Source: a virus
Virus record (IMG/VR): IMGVR_UViG_3300021077_000087
Span: 1 to 64,000 of that record
Length of the DNA: 64,000 bases
Strand: one strand, 5' to 3'
The notes beneath the pieces were generated by a model. That model was given only the letters and a program-made list of their open reading frames with translations, did not search any database and was not told where the DNA came from. Positions 35,671-45,120 of this stretch are shown piece by piece. Position 1 is the first letter of the stretch. Every line of letters begins with the position of its first letter. The translations under genes were made by a program, and so were the position numbers.

Positions 35671-35682
35671 AGAAAGGAGAAA
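35671..35682 (+). promoter_or_regulatory. Shine-Dalgarno-type ribosome-binding site
   Basis: The identical 12-mer AGAAAGGAGAAA, with GGAG 9 nt before the ATG at 35689. Confidence 0.6.
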
Positions 35683-35688
35683 CATAGG

Positions 35689-36792
35689 ATGAATACTCAA
35701 GTTGATTTATTTGGAGCAAATGGTCAAGCATTTGGAGATGTCGCTAATGAAATTATATCAAATGGCCAGTTAAATATCGGTGCTTTGAGACCTTTCATTG
35801 GTGATGATGGTCGTGCTTATATGACCGTGTATCAAGGTGGTGCACCCACTGCTAAAACCAGTTGGAAAACAATGTCCATTAATACCAACGCAACTTTGCG
35901 TAGGGATGAGTGGAAACAATTGGATACTGCATTGCTTGAAGTTGGTCGTCAACGTCTTGGAGGAATTCAAGATTTGATTGACAAAGGACTTACTTTCAAT
36001 CTTGGCAATGCAATGGGCACTACTGTTCTGGAATGGCATGATGTCAGTGATGCTATGGAAGCAGTTGTCACTATGGATGGGGTAACCCGTTCTTTTGGTG
36101 ACAAGGTTATTTTCCAACACAACTATTTGCCTATCCCGATAGTCCACAGTGACTATGAAATCAATGCCCGTACATTAGCAGCAAGTCGATCTTTGGGAAA
36201 TCCATTGGATACAATCTCTGCTGAAAGAGCAGGTCGTGCTGTTCTCCAAAAATTGGAGGATATGTTGTTTACCAACACTACGTATTCCTTTGGTGAAAAA
36301 GATTCAAGGAGCAGGAATTCAATTTACAGTTACATCAACCATCCCGACAGAAATCAAGTAACACTTGATGTTGCTTGGAATGAATCAGGAAAAACTCCGG
36401 CAGGAATTTTGGCCGATGTTATGGAAATGAAAGCAGCTTCACTTGCTGGATTCCATTATGGTCCATGGATGTTGTATATTCCTACTGCATATGAAGGTAT
36501 CTTGGATGAAGATTATGCTATTGCAGGAGGTTCTGTGATGACTATCCGTGAACGTGTTTTGAAACTTGCAGGCATTCAGGCAATCAAAGTCATTGACACA
36601 TTGCCAGCTGACAACGTTGTTCTTGCACAAATGACCAGTGATGTAGTTCGTTTGGTTCGTGGACTTGATGTACAAAATGTTGAGTGGACTGTTGAAGGAA
36701 AATTCATCACGAAGTACAAAGTATTGGCTATTCAAGTGCCACAAATTCGTTCTGACCAGAACGGAAATTCCGGTATTGTGCATCTTGCATAA
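35689..36792 (+). CDS. Major capsid protein (HK97-fold, encapsulin / DUF2184-like)
   Basis: 367 aa, in the position after the scaffold and decoration genes. It has a strong SD site and a sequence pattern typical of this capsid family. Confidence 0.75.
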   Translation: MNTQVDLFGANGQAFGDVANEIISNGQLNIGALRPFIGDDGRAYMTVYQGGAPTAKTSWKTMSINTNATLRRDEWKQLDTALLEVGRQRLGGIQDLIDKGLTFNLGNAMGTTVLEWHDVSDAMEAVVTMDGVTRSFGDKVIFQHNYLPIPIVHSDYEINARTLAASRSLGNPLDTISAERAGRAVLQKLEDMLFTNTTYSFGEKDSRSRNSIYSYINHPDRNQVTLDVAWNESGKTPAGILADVMEMKAASLAGFHYGPWMLYIPTAYEGILDEDYAIAGGSVMTIRERVLKLAGIQAIKVIDTLPADNVVLAQMTSDVVRLVRGLDVQNVEWTVEGKFITKYKVLAIQVPQIRSDQNGNSGIVHLA

Positions 36793-36853
36793 AATAAATA
36801 AAAGCTAATCATGCTTGTATTTTTAAATTTTTAATTCAAAAAACAAATATACC

Positions 36854-37276
36854 ATGAAAAATAAAGAAGAAGAAGTTATAAAAAGAACCACTAAACCAAA
36901 AGCTGCAGAACATGCAACTGAAGTAACTCCTGTTGAAGAAACCAGATTGCGTTGGAAAAAAATCGGTGGGGGTTCTTTACGTATAACTCTTGGAGGAAAA
37001 AAGAAAATCATTAAACCAGGTGAAGTATTTTTAGCACATGAATCAGAATTGCCGGTAGCATTTATGGATAGCCTGCAATGCCTTGCATCGGAAACAGAAA
37101 AGAAAATAAACAAGGAAATTGTTGCCAAGCAAAATGCCGTTCCTGCAATTTATGAATTGCTGGAAGCCGAAGGTACTGACGATCTTTGGAATGTAGTGAA
37201 TCCGGAAGGAAAAGCAATCAATGAAGAACCTCTGGATATTGATGCAGCAAATGAGTTGCTGAATTCATTGAGTTAA
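36854..37276 (+). CDS. Hypothetical protein
   Basis: 140-aa ORF between the capsid gene and the glyco-island. Confidence 0.45.
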   Translation: MKNKEEEVIKRTTKPKAAEHATEVTPVEETRLRWKKIGGGSLRITLGGKKKIIKPGEVFLAHESELPVAFMDSLQCLASETEKKINKEIVAKQNAVPAIYELLEAEGTDDLWNVVNPEGKAINEEPLDIDAANELLNSLS

Positions 37277-37289
37277 AATAATCCACATC

Positions 37290-38066
37290 ATGAAAGTTGG
37301 TATTTGTGCAATAATAAAAGATTGTAAACCATCATATCTTAACGAATGGTTGGAATGGCACCGACTGATTGGTGTGGATTGTTTTTTTATTTATGACAAT
37401 GATTCAAAAATACCGATAAAAAACATTATTCAAGATTTAAAGAATATCAGTATTATTCCTATACATGGAGAAATGCAACAAAGTATTGCTTATACTGATT
37501 GCATTAAAAAACAACAACAAGTAAAAGATTGTGATTGGATTGCTTTTATTGATGATGATGAATTTCTTGTATTTGATTGTGGTAATATCAAAACATTTTT
37601 ACAAAATCAAAAAAATTCAGGAGTTTGTTTGAATTGGATTCTTTTTGGTGCTTCTAAATCAGGTTCGGAAAATCAATCACAAATAGCAAAATACACAAGA
37701 TGTCTCCCAGTAACAGCAAAAGTAAATCTTCATGTAAAAAGTATTGTAAATGTACAAAAAACGGAATCATTTAATCACCCACATATAGCTAAATACAAAG
37801 AAGGATTTGCTGTTGATGTTTTTGGAAATGAAGTAAATACTCCTTTTGTTGAAAATGCAGTTCATTCAATAGCTTGGATCAATCATTATTATTGTAGAAG
37901 TTTGGAGGAGTTTCGAGAAAAAAACAAAAGGGGGAGAGCCGATTTATCAAAGGAAATGATGCCAAATTCATATCCTGATACAACTTTTACAATCTATGAC
38001 TCTCAGGCAACTGAAAATACAACAAAAATACAACAAATACTGGCAAAATTAAAGTGTAGAGTATGA
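37290..38066 (+). CDS. Glycosyltransferase (GT92 / Glyco_tranf_2_4-like)
   Basis: YLNEWLEWHRLIGVDCFFIYDNDS...WIAFIDDDEFL, which is the characteristic EW..H...G.d.f.iYDN and DxDEF pattern. Confidence 0.7.
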   Translation: MKVGICAIIKDCKPSYLNEWLEWHRLIGVDCFFIYDNDSKIPIKNIIQDLKNISIIPIHGEMQQSIAYTDCIKKQQQVKDCDWIAFIDDDEFLVFDCGNIKTFLQNQKNSGVCLNWILFGASKSGSENQSQIAKYTRCLPVTAKVNLHVKSIVNVQKTESFNHPHIAKYKEGFAVDVFGNEVNTPFVENAVHSIAWINHYYCRSLEEFREKNKRGRADLSKEMMPNSYPDTTFTIYDSQATENTTKIQQILAKLKCRV

Positions 38067-38752
38067 TATGGACAGTACCAAAAATATGGAATGGAGGAAC
38101 AGCAATAATAATAGGCGGCGGACCATCAATTTTAAAGCAATTTAATGTTCCTCAATCTATTATTCAAGGTGTATATACTAAAAAATTATCACCAGAAGCG
38201 TATTCCCCATATTTATCAGCGATTCATAAACAACATATTATTTCTGTAAATGTCGCATATAGAATTGGACCATGGATTGATGTAGTATTTTTTGGAGATA
38301 AAAGTACATGGGATGAAGAAAAGGTAAATTTAAGAAATTTTAAAGGATTAAAAGTTTCTTGCGCAACTGGATGTGGTTTAGAAAATGAAGCATCGGTAAA
38401 ATGGTTGAGACGTGATCCGAGAAGAAAAGTGGGAATTTCTGATAATCCAAGTTTAATATCTTGGAATCGAAATTCCGGTAGTGCAGCAATAAATTTAGCT
38501 GTGCATTTTGGTGCTAAAAGAATTATTTTGTTAGGTTTTGATATGCAATTAGATGCTAATAACAATCAACATTGGCATAAAATGTATGCAAGTCCTTTAA
38601 AAACAGTTCAATTTACAATGGGGAAACATTTGATGGGATTCCCGCAAATGAAAGCAGATTTGGATAAAATGCATATTGAAGTGTTAAATGCAAATCCGGA
38701 TAGTAAAATAACTTCATTTAGAAAACTGAATTTCAAGGATATTCGATTATGA
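38063..38752 (+). CDS. MAF_flag10 / DUF115-like putative glycosyltransferase
   Basis: IIIGGGPSI...GSAAINLAVHFGAKRIILLGFDM resembles the Maf / MptE-like fold pattern. Confidence 0.45.
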   Translation: MIWTVPKIWNGGTAIIIGGGPSILKQFNVPQSIIQGVYTKKLSPEAYSPYLSAIHKQHIISVNVAYRIGPWIDVVFFGDKSTWDEEKVNLRNFKGLKVSCATGCGLENEASVKWLRRDPRRKVGISDNPSLISWNRNSGSAAINLAVHFGAKRIILLGFDMQLDANNNQHWHKMYASPLKTVQFTMGKHLMGFPQMKADLDKMHIEVLNANPDSKITSFRKLNFKDIRL

Positions 38753-41580
38753 GCAAGCCAGATGTAAAAAGACCACGTACAATTTACAAAAAAGTACAAG
38801 ATGGTTTAATGTGGTTTGAAAATCGACATATTACTTTAGGCACTATTTTTATGGCATATCCTGAAAAAATAGAAGCTTGTCATAAAAAGTTTTTACAAGT
38901 AGTTGGTATTGAAAATGTGGATACGATTGAAACTACAGGTCGTGGTTTTCATTTAACTTCATATAAAAAACGAGAAAACGAGATTCCAAAAGGCAAAGTA
39001 GGAATACAACGGGTAGGTTCAAAACCGAGAGAAAAAATAGTAATTGAATCACCAATAAGAGTTTTTCAAAAAATAGAAACAAAAAACAAAAATGAAAGAC
39101 CAGAGCCAAAGGCACAATTACTTCCAAATAAACCAGTAAAAACAGCAATTAATAGAAATACAGACCCAAAAGTAAATATTGAAAAAGTAAATATTGAAAG
39201 ACCTGATCCGAAAAATAAAACAGAAAGAAAGTTTACACCTGGAAGCGTTCCAAATAATAAAACAAGAGAAAATGTAAGAAGAATTCGAGTAAGAAATGAA
39301 ACTCCTGCAAATGAAAAACAACATGGACCGAATAGGGAGCTACACAGACCAATCAGAATACCAAAAATACGTGAAAAACAACAATTATATGACTTATATC
39401 GAACACCATATATTACAAAGGAAGAAGAACAAATTTATGTTGCGCGAGTAAGACAAAGAAGAGAAAAAAGAATAAGAGAAATAACAAATCCAACAGAGCA
39501 ATTAAATGCTGATCAAGTTTTAGAAGATAGATATTCATTAACTTTAAGGATAGAAGATATGGAAGTTTATGGTGTTTCCAAACATAGAATTCCACCAGAG
39601 AAACCACAGATAGGGAAAGAAGTAGGTATTGGTGTCATGGATAAACACGAAATACTTGCACAAATGCATCATTTATATAATCCAGAGATTTATTTTGAAA
39701 TCGGGGTTGATGCAGGAGTGAGTATTCGATTAGCTACAAGAACAGCAATCGGAGTTGATCCTAAACCGCATATAGGAGGTAATGTGAATGCAGCTGAGAT
39801 TCATGAAATGACGAGCGATGCCTTTTTTGAACAGAATTTACTTAAAGGAAGAAAACCCGATTTAGTATTTATTGATGGTTTACACACTTTTGATCAAGTA
39901 ATTCGTGACTTTAGAAATGTTGAGAGGAACGTAAAAGATACAACAATTATTGTTATTGATGATATTCTTCCAACGCATAATTTACAAACATCACGTGAAT
40001 GGAAAGAAGGAATGTGGACTGGTGATGTATGGAAATTTGTTCCTATTATTAAAAAATATAGACCGGATTTAACAATTACGATGCTGGATTCTTATCCAAC
40101 AGGATTGATGATTATTACTGGATTTGATCCTAACAATAATGTTCTTTGGGATAAGTATAATTTGATTGTGCGGGAATATATGAATGCTCCTGTGCCTGAT
40201 TATATCTATAAAAGAGAGAACATGGATTTGCGAAAAGATATTGATTTTGCTATTAGGAATTTGTTAAAAATACAAGGGGTTAAGATTCTTTGTTATGTCA
40301 ATCATTATTTTAACCCTAAACCAACAGGAGCTGATTTTGTGGGTGGTTGCACAGGAGAAGCAGAATACAGAAAAAATAACGTTAAAAAGTGTTTACAGGT
40401 TTTACGATCAATTAAAGGCTGTGATGTTAAAGTTTGTGGTATAAAAGAAAATTCTCTTGTTCCTATTGATATTGATTTCACTGGAATAAATCCACAACAC
40501 ATTCCTTATGCATCATTGAATTTAATGAGAACTAAAGCAGAACAATATGATTATGTTTTAAATATAGAGGATGATATTTTAATTAGTTCAAATGTTTTAT
40601 CAAATTGTATTGAGTTTGAAAAAACGGCTGAAAGTAATGAAATATTTCTTCCTAATCGTTTGGAACAAAGAGGTGATTCATGGGATTGTGTTGATCTTCG
40701 TTCTATGACTGGTTGGACAAAAAACAAAAAAAGATGGCATAATTTATTGCTTAGAGAAGCTGTAAATTGTCATTCAGGAATGTTGTTCATGGGAGCACAG
40801 AAATTTATAAAAGGCACAGCTTGCTTAGATACATCATTCAGAAAACAATTTCATGGTGGTTTTATGGCAAGTGCGTATGCCTATTTTCATTCGGCATTTA
40901 TTTTATACAGAAATCCTTATCCAAATAAATTTCATTCGGTTTGGCATTTGGATAAATGGATTCGTCCTGACGATAGAAAAAACAATAAAGAAGCAAAACT
41001 ACATCCAAGAATGATTATAAATTACTTTGAAACAAAAATACCTTATGGTTTGAATGGGGATATATCAGGAGCCTATAATATGGCGATGGCGGCTTCAAAT
41101 GCTGAATGGGTGTTATTACTTGATCAGGATATATTTCTTTGTAATCCATTTTGGTATCAAATTTGTCTTGATGCAATTAACACAACACCATTAAATACCG
41201 GATTGATTACTTGTATGTGTAATCCTTTACATGGTGCTGATAAACGAACATCAGAAGAAGCTCAACAAGCTGAGATTGAAATACGTTCTACAAATATTGA
41301 AGATCATATAAGAGTAGCAGAAAAACTGTATAATAAATACAAATCAACAGTGCAACCGGTAACAACATATAAGTTGGCTGGATATTTTATGTTAGTTAAA
41401 AAGAGTATTTGGGAAGCAGTTAAATTCCGATCAATTGGAACAGGTGTTCTGGGTACTGATTGGAATTATGGCAAAATGCTATTGTCTTATGGTTACAAAA
41501 TTTATAGAATGCCTGGTTTATATGTATATCATAGAAGAGGTTTACGTTCATTAAATTGGAAATTACAAAACGTATCATGA
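38749..41580 (+). CDS. Multidomain protein: basic low-complexity N-terminus, class I SAM methyltransferase, and GT2-like glycosyltransferase region(s)
   Basis: Residues about 60-300 are K/R/P/N-rich. FEIGVDAGVSI...VFIDGLHTFDQVIRDF is CmcI / Methyltransf_24-like. The C-terminal AEWVLLLDQDIF is a GT-A DxD motif. Confidence 0.6.
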   Translation: MSKPDVKRPRTIYKKVQDGLMWFENRHITLGTIFMAYPEKIEACHKKFLQVVGIENVDTIETTGRGFHLTSYKKRENEIPKGKVGIQRVGSKPREKIVIESPIRVFQKIETKNKNERPEPKAQLLPNKPVKTAINRNTDPKVNIEKVNIERPDPKNKTERKFTPGSVPNNKTRENVRRIRVRNETPANEKQHGPNRELHRPIRIPKIREKQQLYDLYRTPYITKEEEQIYVARVRQRREKRIREITNPTEQLNADQVLEDRYSLTLRIEDMEVYGVSKHRIPPEKPQIGKEVGIGVMDKHEILAQMHHLYNPEIYFEIGVDAGVSIRLATRTAIGVDPKPHIGGNVNAAEIHEMTSDAFFEQNLLKGRKPDLVFIDGLHTFDQVIRDFRNVERNVKDTTIIVIDDILPTHNLQTSREWKEGMWTGDVWKFVPIIKKYRPDLTITMLDSYPTGLMIITGFDPNNNVLWDKYNLIVREYMNAPVPDYIYKRENMDLRKDIDFAIRNLLKIQGVKILCYVNHYFNPKPTGADFVGGCTGEAEYRKNNVKKCLQVLRSIKGCDVKVCGIKENSLVPIDIDFTGINPQHIPYASLNLMRTKAEQYDYVLNIEDDILISSNVLSNCIEFEKTAESNEIFLPNRLEQRGDSWDCVDLRSMTGWTKNKKRWHNLLLREAVNCHSGMLFMGAQKFIKGTACLDTSFRKQFHGGFMASAYAYFHSAFILYRNPYPNKFHSVWHLDKWIRPDDRKNNKEAKLHPRMIINYFETKIPYGLNGDISGAYNMAMAASNAEWVLLLDQDIFLCNPFWYQICLDAINTTPLNTGLITCMCNPLHGADKRTSEEAQQAEIEIRSTNIEDHIRVAEKLYNKYKSTVQPVTTYKLAGYFMLVKKSIWEAVKFRSIGTGVLGTDWNYGKMLLSYGYKIYRMPGLYVYHRRGLRSLNWKLQNVS
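39169..39198 (+). repeat. Perfect 15-bp tandem duplication in the basic N-terminal region of the 943-aa enzyme
   Basis: aaagtaaatattgaa x2, encoding KVNIE-KVNIE. Confidence 0.9.
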
Positions 41581-42086
41581 TAAAATTTATGACACAAGCA
41601 GATCATGCTGCTTTAGAAAAACAAAATTCGTATTGGAAAGGTCGTTGGCCTTACTTGGAAAGAGTTATAGATATTGTACAACATGATGTGCAAATAACTT
41701 CTGCATCTGAAGTTCTTGAATTAGGTGCTTATGAGGGTTCTATAATTCCAGAATGTGATTTAATGGATAAAAATGGTAAAATCCCAAATTTGAAATATAA
41801 ATGGGATGCATCCGTTGTTCCGTGGCCTGTAGAAGATAAAAAATATACATTATTCATCGCTTTACAAGTATGGGAACATTTAAAGGATGCACAAAAGGAA
41901 GCATTCATTGAAGTGTTACGTATTTGTAAATATGCAATATTATCATTTCCATTAAATTGGGATTGTCCTGGAAATTGTCATCATGGGATAACAAAAGAGA
42001 TAATTGCTGAATGGACATTGTTTATTGAACCAGTTAAAGTGATCAAGGTGGGGGCAAGAATAATTTACTTTTATAAATTTATATAA
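41577..42086 (+). CDS. Putative SAM-dependent methyltransferase
   Basis: The start at 41577 forms an ATGA overlap with the upstream stop. VLELGAYEGS (motif I-like) and LQVWEHLKDAQKEAFIEVLR. Confidence 0.45.
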   Translation: MIKFMTQADHAALEKQNSYWKGRWPYLERVIDIVQHDVQITSASEVLELGAYEGSIIPECDLMDKNGKIPNLKYKWDASVVPWPVEDKKYTLFIALQVWEHLKDAQKEAFIEVLRICKYAILSFPLNWDCPGNCHHGITKEIIAEWTLFIEPVKVIKVGARIIYFYKFI

Positions 42087-42087
42087 C

Positions 42088-42786
42088 ATGATCGTATTAA
42101 TTACACCAACTGGAGGTCGTCCAAGACAATTTGAATTATGTTGTAATTGGATGCGTAAGCAAACCTATAAAGGAAAAGTATTTTGGATTGTTATTGATGA
42201 TTGTGTACCAATAACATCTGAGATCAAAGGTGTTTTTCCTTCAAATTGGACAATTGTAAAAAAATACCCTCGTCCAATTTGGCAAAATGGAATGAATACA
42301 CAAGGCCGTAATATGAAAGCGGGAATTGATGTAGTTAAATGTTTGCCAAAAAAGGATATAGAAGCAATATTTATCATTGAAGATGATGATTATTACAAAC
42401 CTATATATCTGGAAGAAATGATGAAAAGGATGAAAAACTTTACCATCATAGGAGAAACAAATACAATATATTATCATGTTGTTTCTAAAAGATATATTGT
42501 AAGTCATAATATGCAACATTCAAGTTTATTCCAAACGGCTTTTGCCGTAGATGCAATTCCTACACTTGAAACTTGTTATGCTGAAAAATATATTGATATA
42601 TTGTTGTTTAAAAAAAGTAATAATATTTGTTTGTTTAGTGCTAATAATTTATCAATCGGGATTAAAGGATTGCCAGGTCGTGCCGGAATTGGTGCTGGAC
42701 ATAATGCCAAATATAATCACAATCCTGATGCTAACTTATCAAAGTTGAAAGAATTAATTGGAGCAGATTATAGATATTACATATGA
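42088..42786 (+). CDS. Glycosyltransferase (GT-A fold)
   Basis: VLITPTGGRP...WIVIDDC...IIEDDDYY. Confidence 0.55.
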   Translation: MIVLITPTGGRPRQFELCCNWMRKQTYKGKVFWIVIDDCVPITSEIKGVFPSNWTIVKKYPRPIWQNGMNTQGRNMKAGIDVVKCLPKKDIEAIFIIEDDDYYKPIYLEEMMKRMKNFTIIGETNTIYYHVVSKRYIVSHNMQHSSLFQTAFAVDAIPTLETCYAEKYIDILLFKKSNNICLFSANNLSIGIKGLPGRAGIGAGHNAKYNHNPDANLSKLKELIGADYRYYI

Positions 42787-43439
42787 ACACAACAACATCA
42801 CATAGTCCAATTTTTGTAACCGGAATAGAGCGTTCTGGCAGTTCTATCGTGGCAAAAATTATAGCTGCTTGTGGTGTTTTTATCGGTGATGTTACACCTA
42901 TGCAAGAAAATACAGCAATAAAAATATTAATAGATAACTATTACAAATATCAATTACATATTCCTATAAATGGACAAAATCCATTACCGAATACAAGACG
43001 TTTGTCGGAGTTTTTAAATTTAGAGGTATCTATCTATACCTTACTAAGAGATCAGGGATACAATGAGCTACAATCGTGTTTGCTTAAGGGTTTTCGATTC
43101 GCTCAGACTTGGCCTATCTGGGATAAGACTTATCCAAATGCTAAATGGATAATTGTACGACGTAGAACTGGTGATATTATTCAAAGTTGTTTAAAAACTG
43201 GTTTTATGAATGCTTATTCGGATCAAATTGGTTGGTTAGGTTGGATTCATGAGCATGAAAAGTTATTTGTTGAAATGATTGAAAAAGGTCTTAATTGCAA
43301 AATAGTTTGGCCTGAAAGAATGGTTAATGGAGATTTTCAACAAATGCAAGAAACAATAGAATGGTTAGGGTTGCAATGGGATGATTCTATCAAAGAAAAA
43401 ATACAACCTTTGCTTAAAAATAGTACAAATAAAATATAA
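42783..43439 (+). CDS. Sulfotransferase
   Basis: 5'-PSB-like loop VTGIERSGSSIV and 3'-PB-like IIVRRRTGDIIQS. Confidence 0.6.
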   Translation: MNTTTSHSPIFVTGIERSGSSIVAKIIAACGVFIGDVTPMQENTAIKILIDNYYKYQLHIPINGQNPLPNTRRLSEFLNLEVSIYTLLRDQGYNELQSCLLKGFRFAQTWPIWDKTYPNAKWIIVRRRTGDIIQSCLKTGFMNAYSDQIGWLGWIHEHEKLFVEMIEKGLNCKIVWPERMVNGDFQQMQETIEWLGLQWDDSIKEKIQPLLKNSTNKI

Positions 43440-43445
43440 TATGCC

Positions 43446-43808
43446 ATGGAACCAAGAGTAACAGCAAATGAAGTTCGTGAAATTATGGATGACACTGATT
43501 TGACAAATACCAACATAGATTCATTTATAAGTGGTGCTAATGCACTAATGAATACTCTTTTTGGTAATTCAACATTGCCTCTTCACAAAGAAGTTGAACG
43601 ATGGTTAACCGCACATCTTATTGCTTGTACGAGAGAGCGACAAGCATTGAAAGAGGAAGCAGGGTCTGCTAAAATAACATATACAGGTGTATATGAAAAA
43701 GGCTTATCCATGACGTCATACGGACAAATGGCAATGACATTAGATACATCTGGTAAATTAATGCTTTTGATGTTACGTAGGGCAAGTACATATGCTGTTA
43801 AAAGCTAA
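43446..43808 (+). CDS. Putative head-tail connector / adaptor
   Basis: 120 aa, the first gene of the connector cluster. The call is from position. Confidence 0.4.
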   Translation: MEPRVTANEVREIMDDTDLTNTNIDSFISGANALMNTLFGNSTLPLHKEVERWLTAHLIACTRERQALKEEAGSAKITYTGVYEKGLSMTSYGQMAMTLDTSGKLMLLMLRRASTYAVKS

Positions 43809-43813
43809 AACAA

Positions 43814-44260
43814 ATGAGCATACTAAATTTCATAAAAAAGATATGTGTTCAACCTGCAGTATATTGGGGAAATCCAGTAGATGATGGTTTTGGAAACAAA
43901 ATGTTTGATCAACCTATTGAAATAAAAGTTCGATGGGATGATGTACAACGTATAATCACAGCTTTGAATGGAAAAGAAATTGTATCGAAAGCAACTATTT
44001 TATCACCACTGGATTTGGATATTGAAGGGTACATTTATTTAGGAACATTAGACAGTTTAATTGAATATGATGAATCTGGTGATTCTGATGACTCATCAGA
44101 CTATTCATCGGATTCTGATGAATCTGGGTATATTGGAACAATAAAACATCCAAAAGAAATTGATGGTGCATATGAAATCATTGCACCGAGCAAAACACCA
44201 TTAATAAAATCAAATACTAAGTTTGTTAAAGAATACATATTAGGATTTAGAAACGTGTAA
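43814..44260 (+). CDS. Putative head-tail joining protein with a Ser/Asp-rich insert
   Basis: 148 aa. Contains DESGDSDDSSDYSSDSDESGY. Confidence 0.35.
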   Translation: MSILNFIKKICVQPAVYWGNPVDDGFGNKMFDQPIEIKVRWDDVQRIITALNGKEIVSKATILSPLDLDIEGYIYLGTLDSLIEYDESGDSDDSSDYSSDSDESGYIGTIKHPKEIDGAYEIIAPSKTPLIKSNTKFVKEYILGFRNV

Positions 44261-44262
44261 TT

Positions 44263-44712
44263 ATGTTAAACGGAACTGGAAAATATAGGTATAGTCTTGT
44301 ACGACCTGCTTCTGCGTTTGGAAGCAATGCTAAAGCATTAAGTATTGAGGGGTTTGATAATATTATCAAAAACTTGAATCTTGAAATCTTGGCAATTACG
44401 CAAGGCAGCAAGGATGGTTTATTAGATGTTGCAAAACATATTCGCAGGGACATGGAAGTGACACAACCATTTATTCCATTCGAAATAGGTAATTTGGAAG
44501 CAAGCTGGCAAACAAGACCTATAACAGAAGGTAAAAAACATGGTTTATTAATGGGATTTTCAGCAAACTATGCACTTTGGGTACATGAAATGGTTGGTTC
44601 TGATATACATTGGACAAAAGAAGGTTCTGGACCAAAGTTTCTTGAAAGTGCAATAAATAGAAATCACGATGAGATATTACAAATATTAGCAGATAAATCT
44701 AAAATAAAATGA
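44263..44712 (+). CDS. HK97 gp10-like tail completion / head-tail joining protein
   Basis: GSGPKFLESAI pattern, plus position. Confidence 0.45.
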   Translation: MLNGTGKYRYSLVRPASAFGSNAKALSIEGFDNIIKNLNLEILAITQGSKDGLLDVAKHIRRDMEVTQPFIPFEIGNLEASWQTRPITEGKKHGLLMGFSANYALWVHEMVGSDIHWTKEGSGPKFLESAINRNHDEILQILADKSKIK

Positions 44713-45113
44713 ATTCACCATCTTTAGATATTTCTTTAATGTTGGAAGCAGATGAAAGTTTAAAACTTAAATTTGCTGATAATTTATTTTTAAACAGGGA
44801 ACCTGCTAAACCAAATGACTGCATTACTATATTTGATTATCCTGGGAGACCTCCACAATTGAATTTAACATCACAAGGATATGAGTATCCATCCATACAG
44901 ATTCGTGTTCGATCACGTGATTATATGATTGGATGGACATTAGCTGAAAGCATAAAGAATGTTCTTCATGGCAGAGGTCAAGAAGTTATTGAAGAAACAC
45001 TTTATTCAGCAATCAGCTGTGCTTCTGGACCAGCCCTTTTGGACTGGGATGAAAATAGTCGGGCAAGGATTATTATAAATTTTAACATTCAGAGACGAAC
45101 GATTAACAATTAA
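44709..45113 (+). CDS. Putative tail terminator
   Basis: 134 aa, immediately upstream of the tube gene. The call is from position. Confidence 0.35.
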   Translation: MNSPSLDISLMLEADESLKLKFADNLFLNREPAKPNDCITIFDYPGRPPQLNLTSQGYEYPSIQIRVRSRDYMIGWTLAESIKNVLHGRGQEVIEETLYSAISCASGPALLDWDENSRARIIINFNIQRRTINN

Positions 45114-45120
45114 TTTAATT

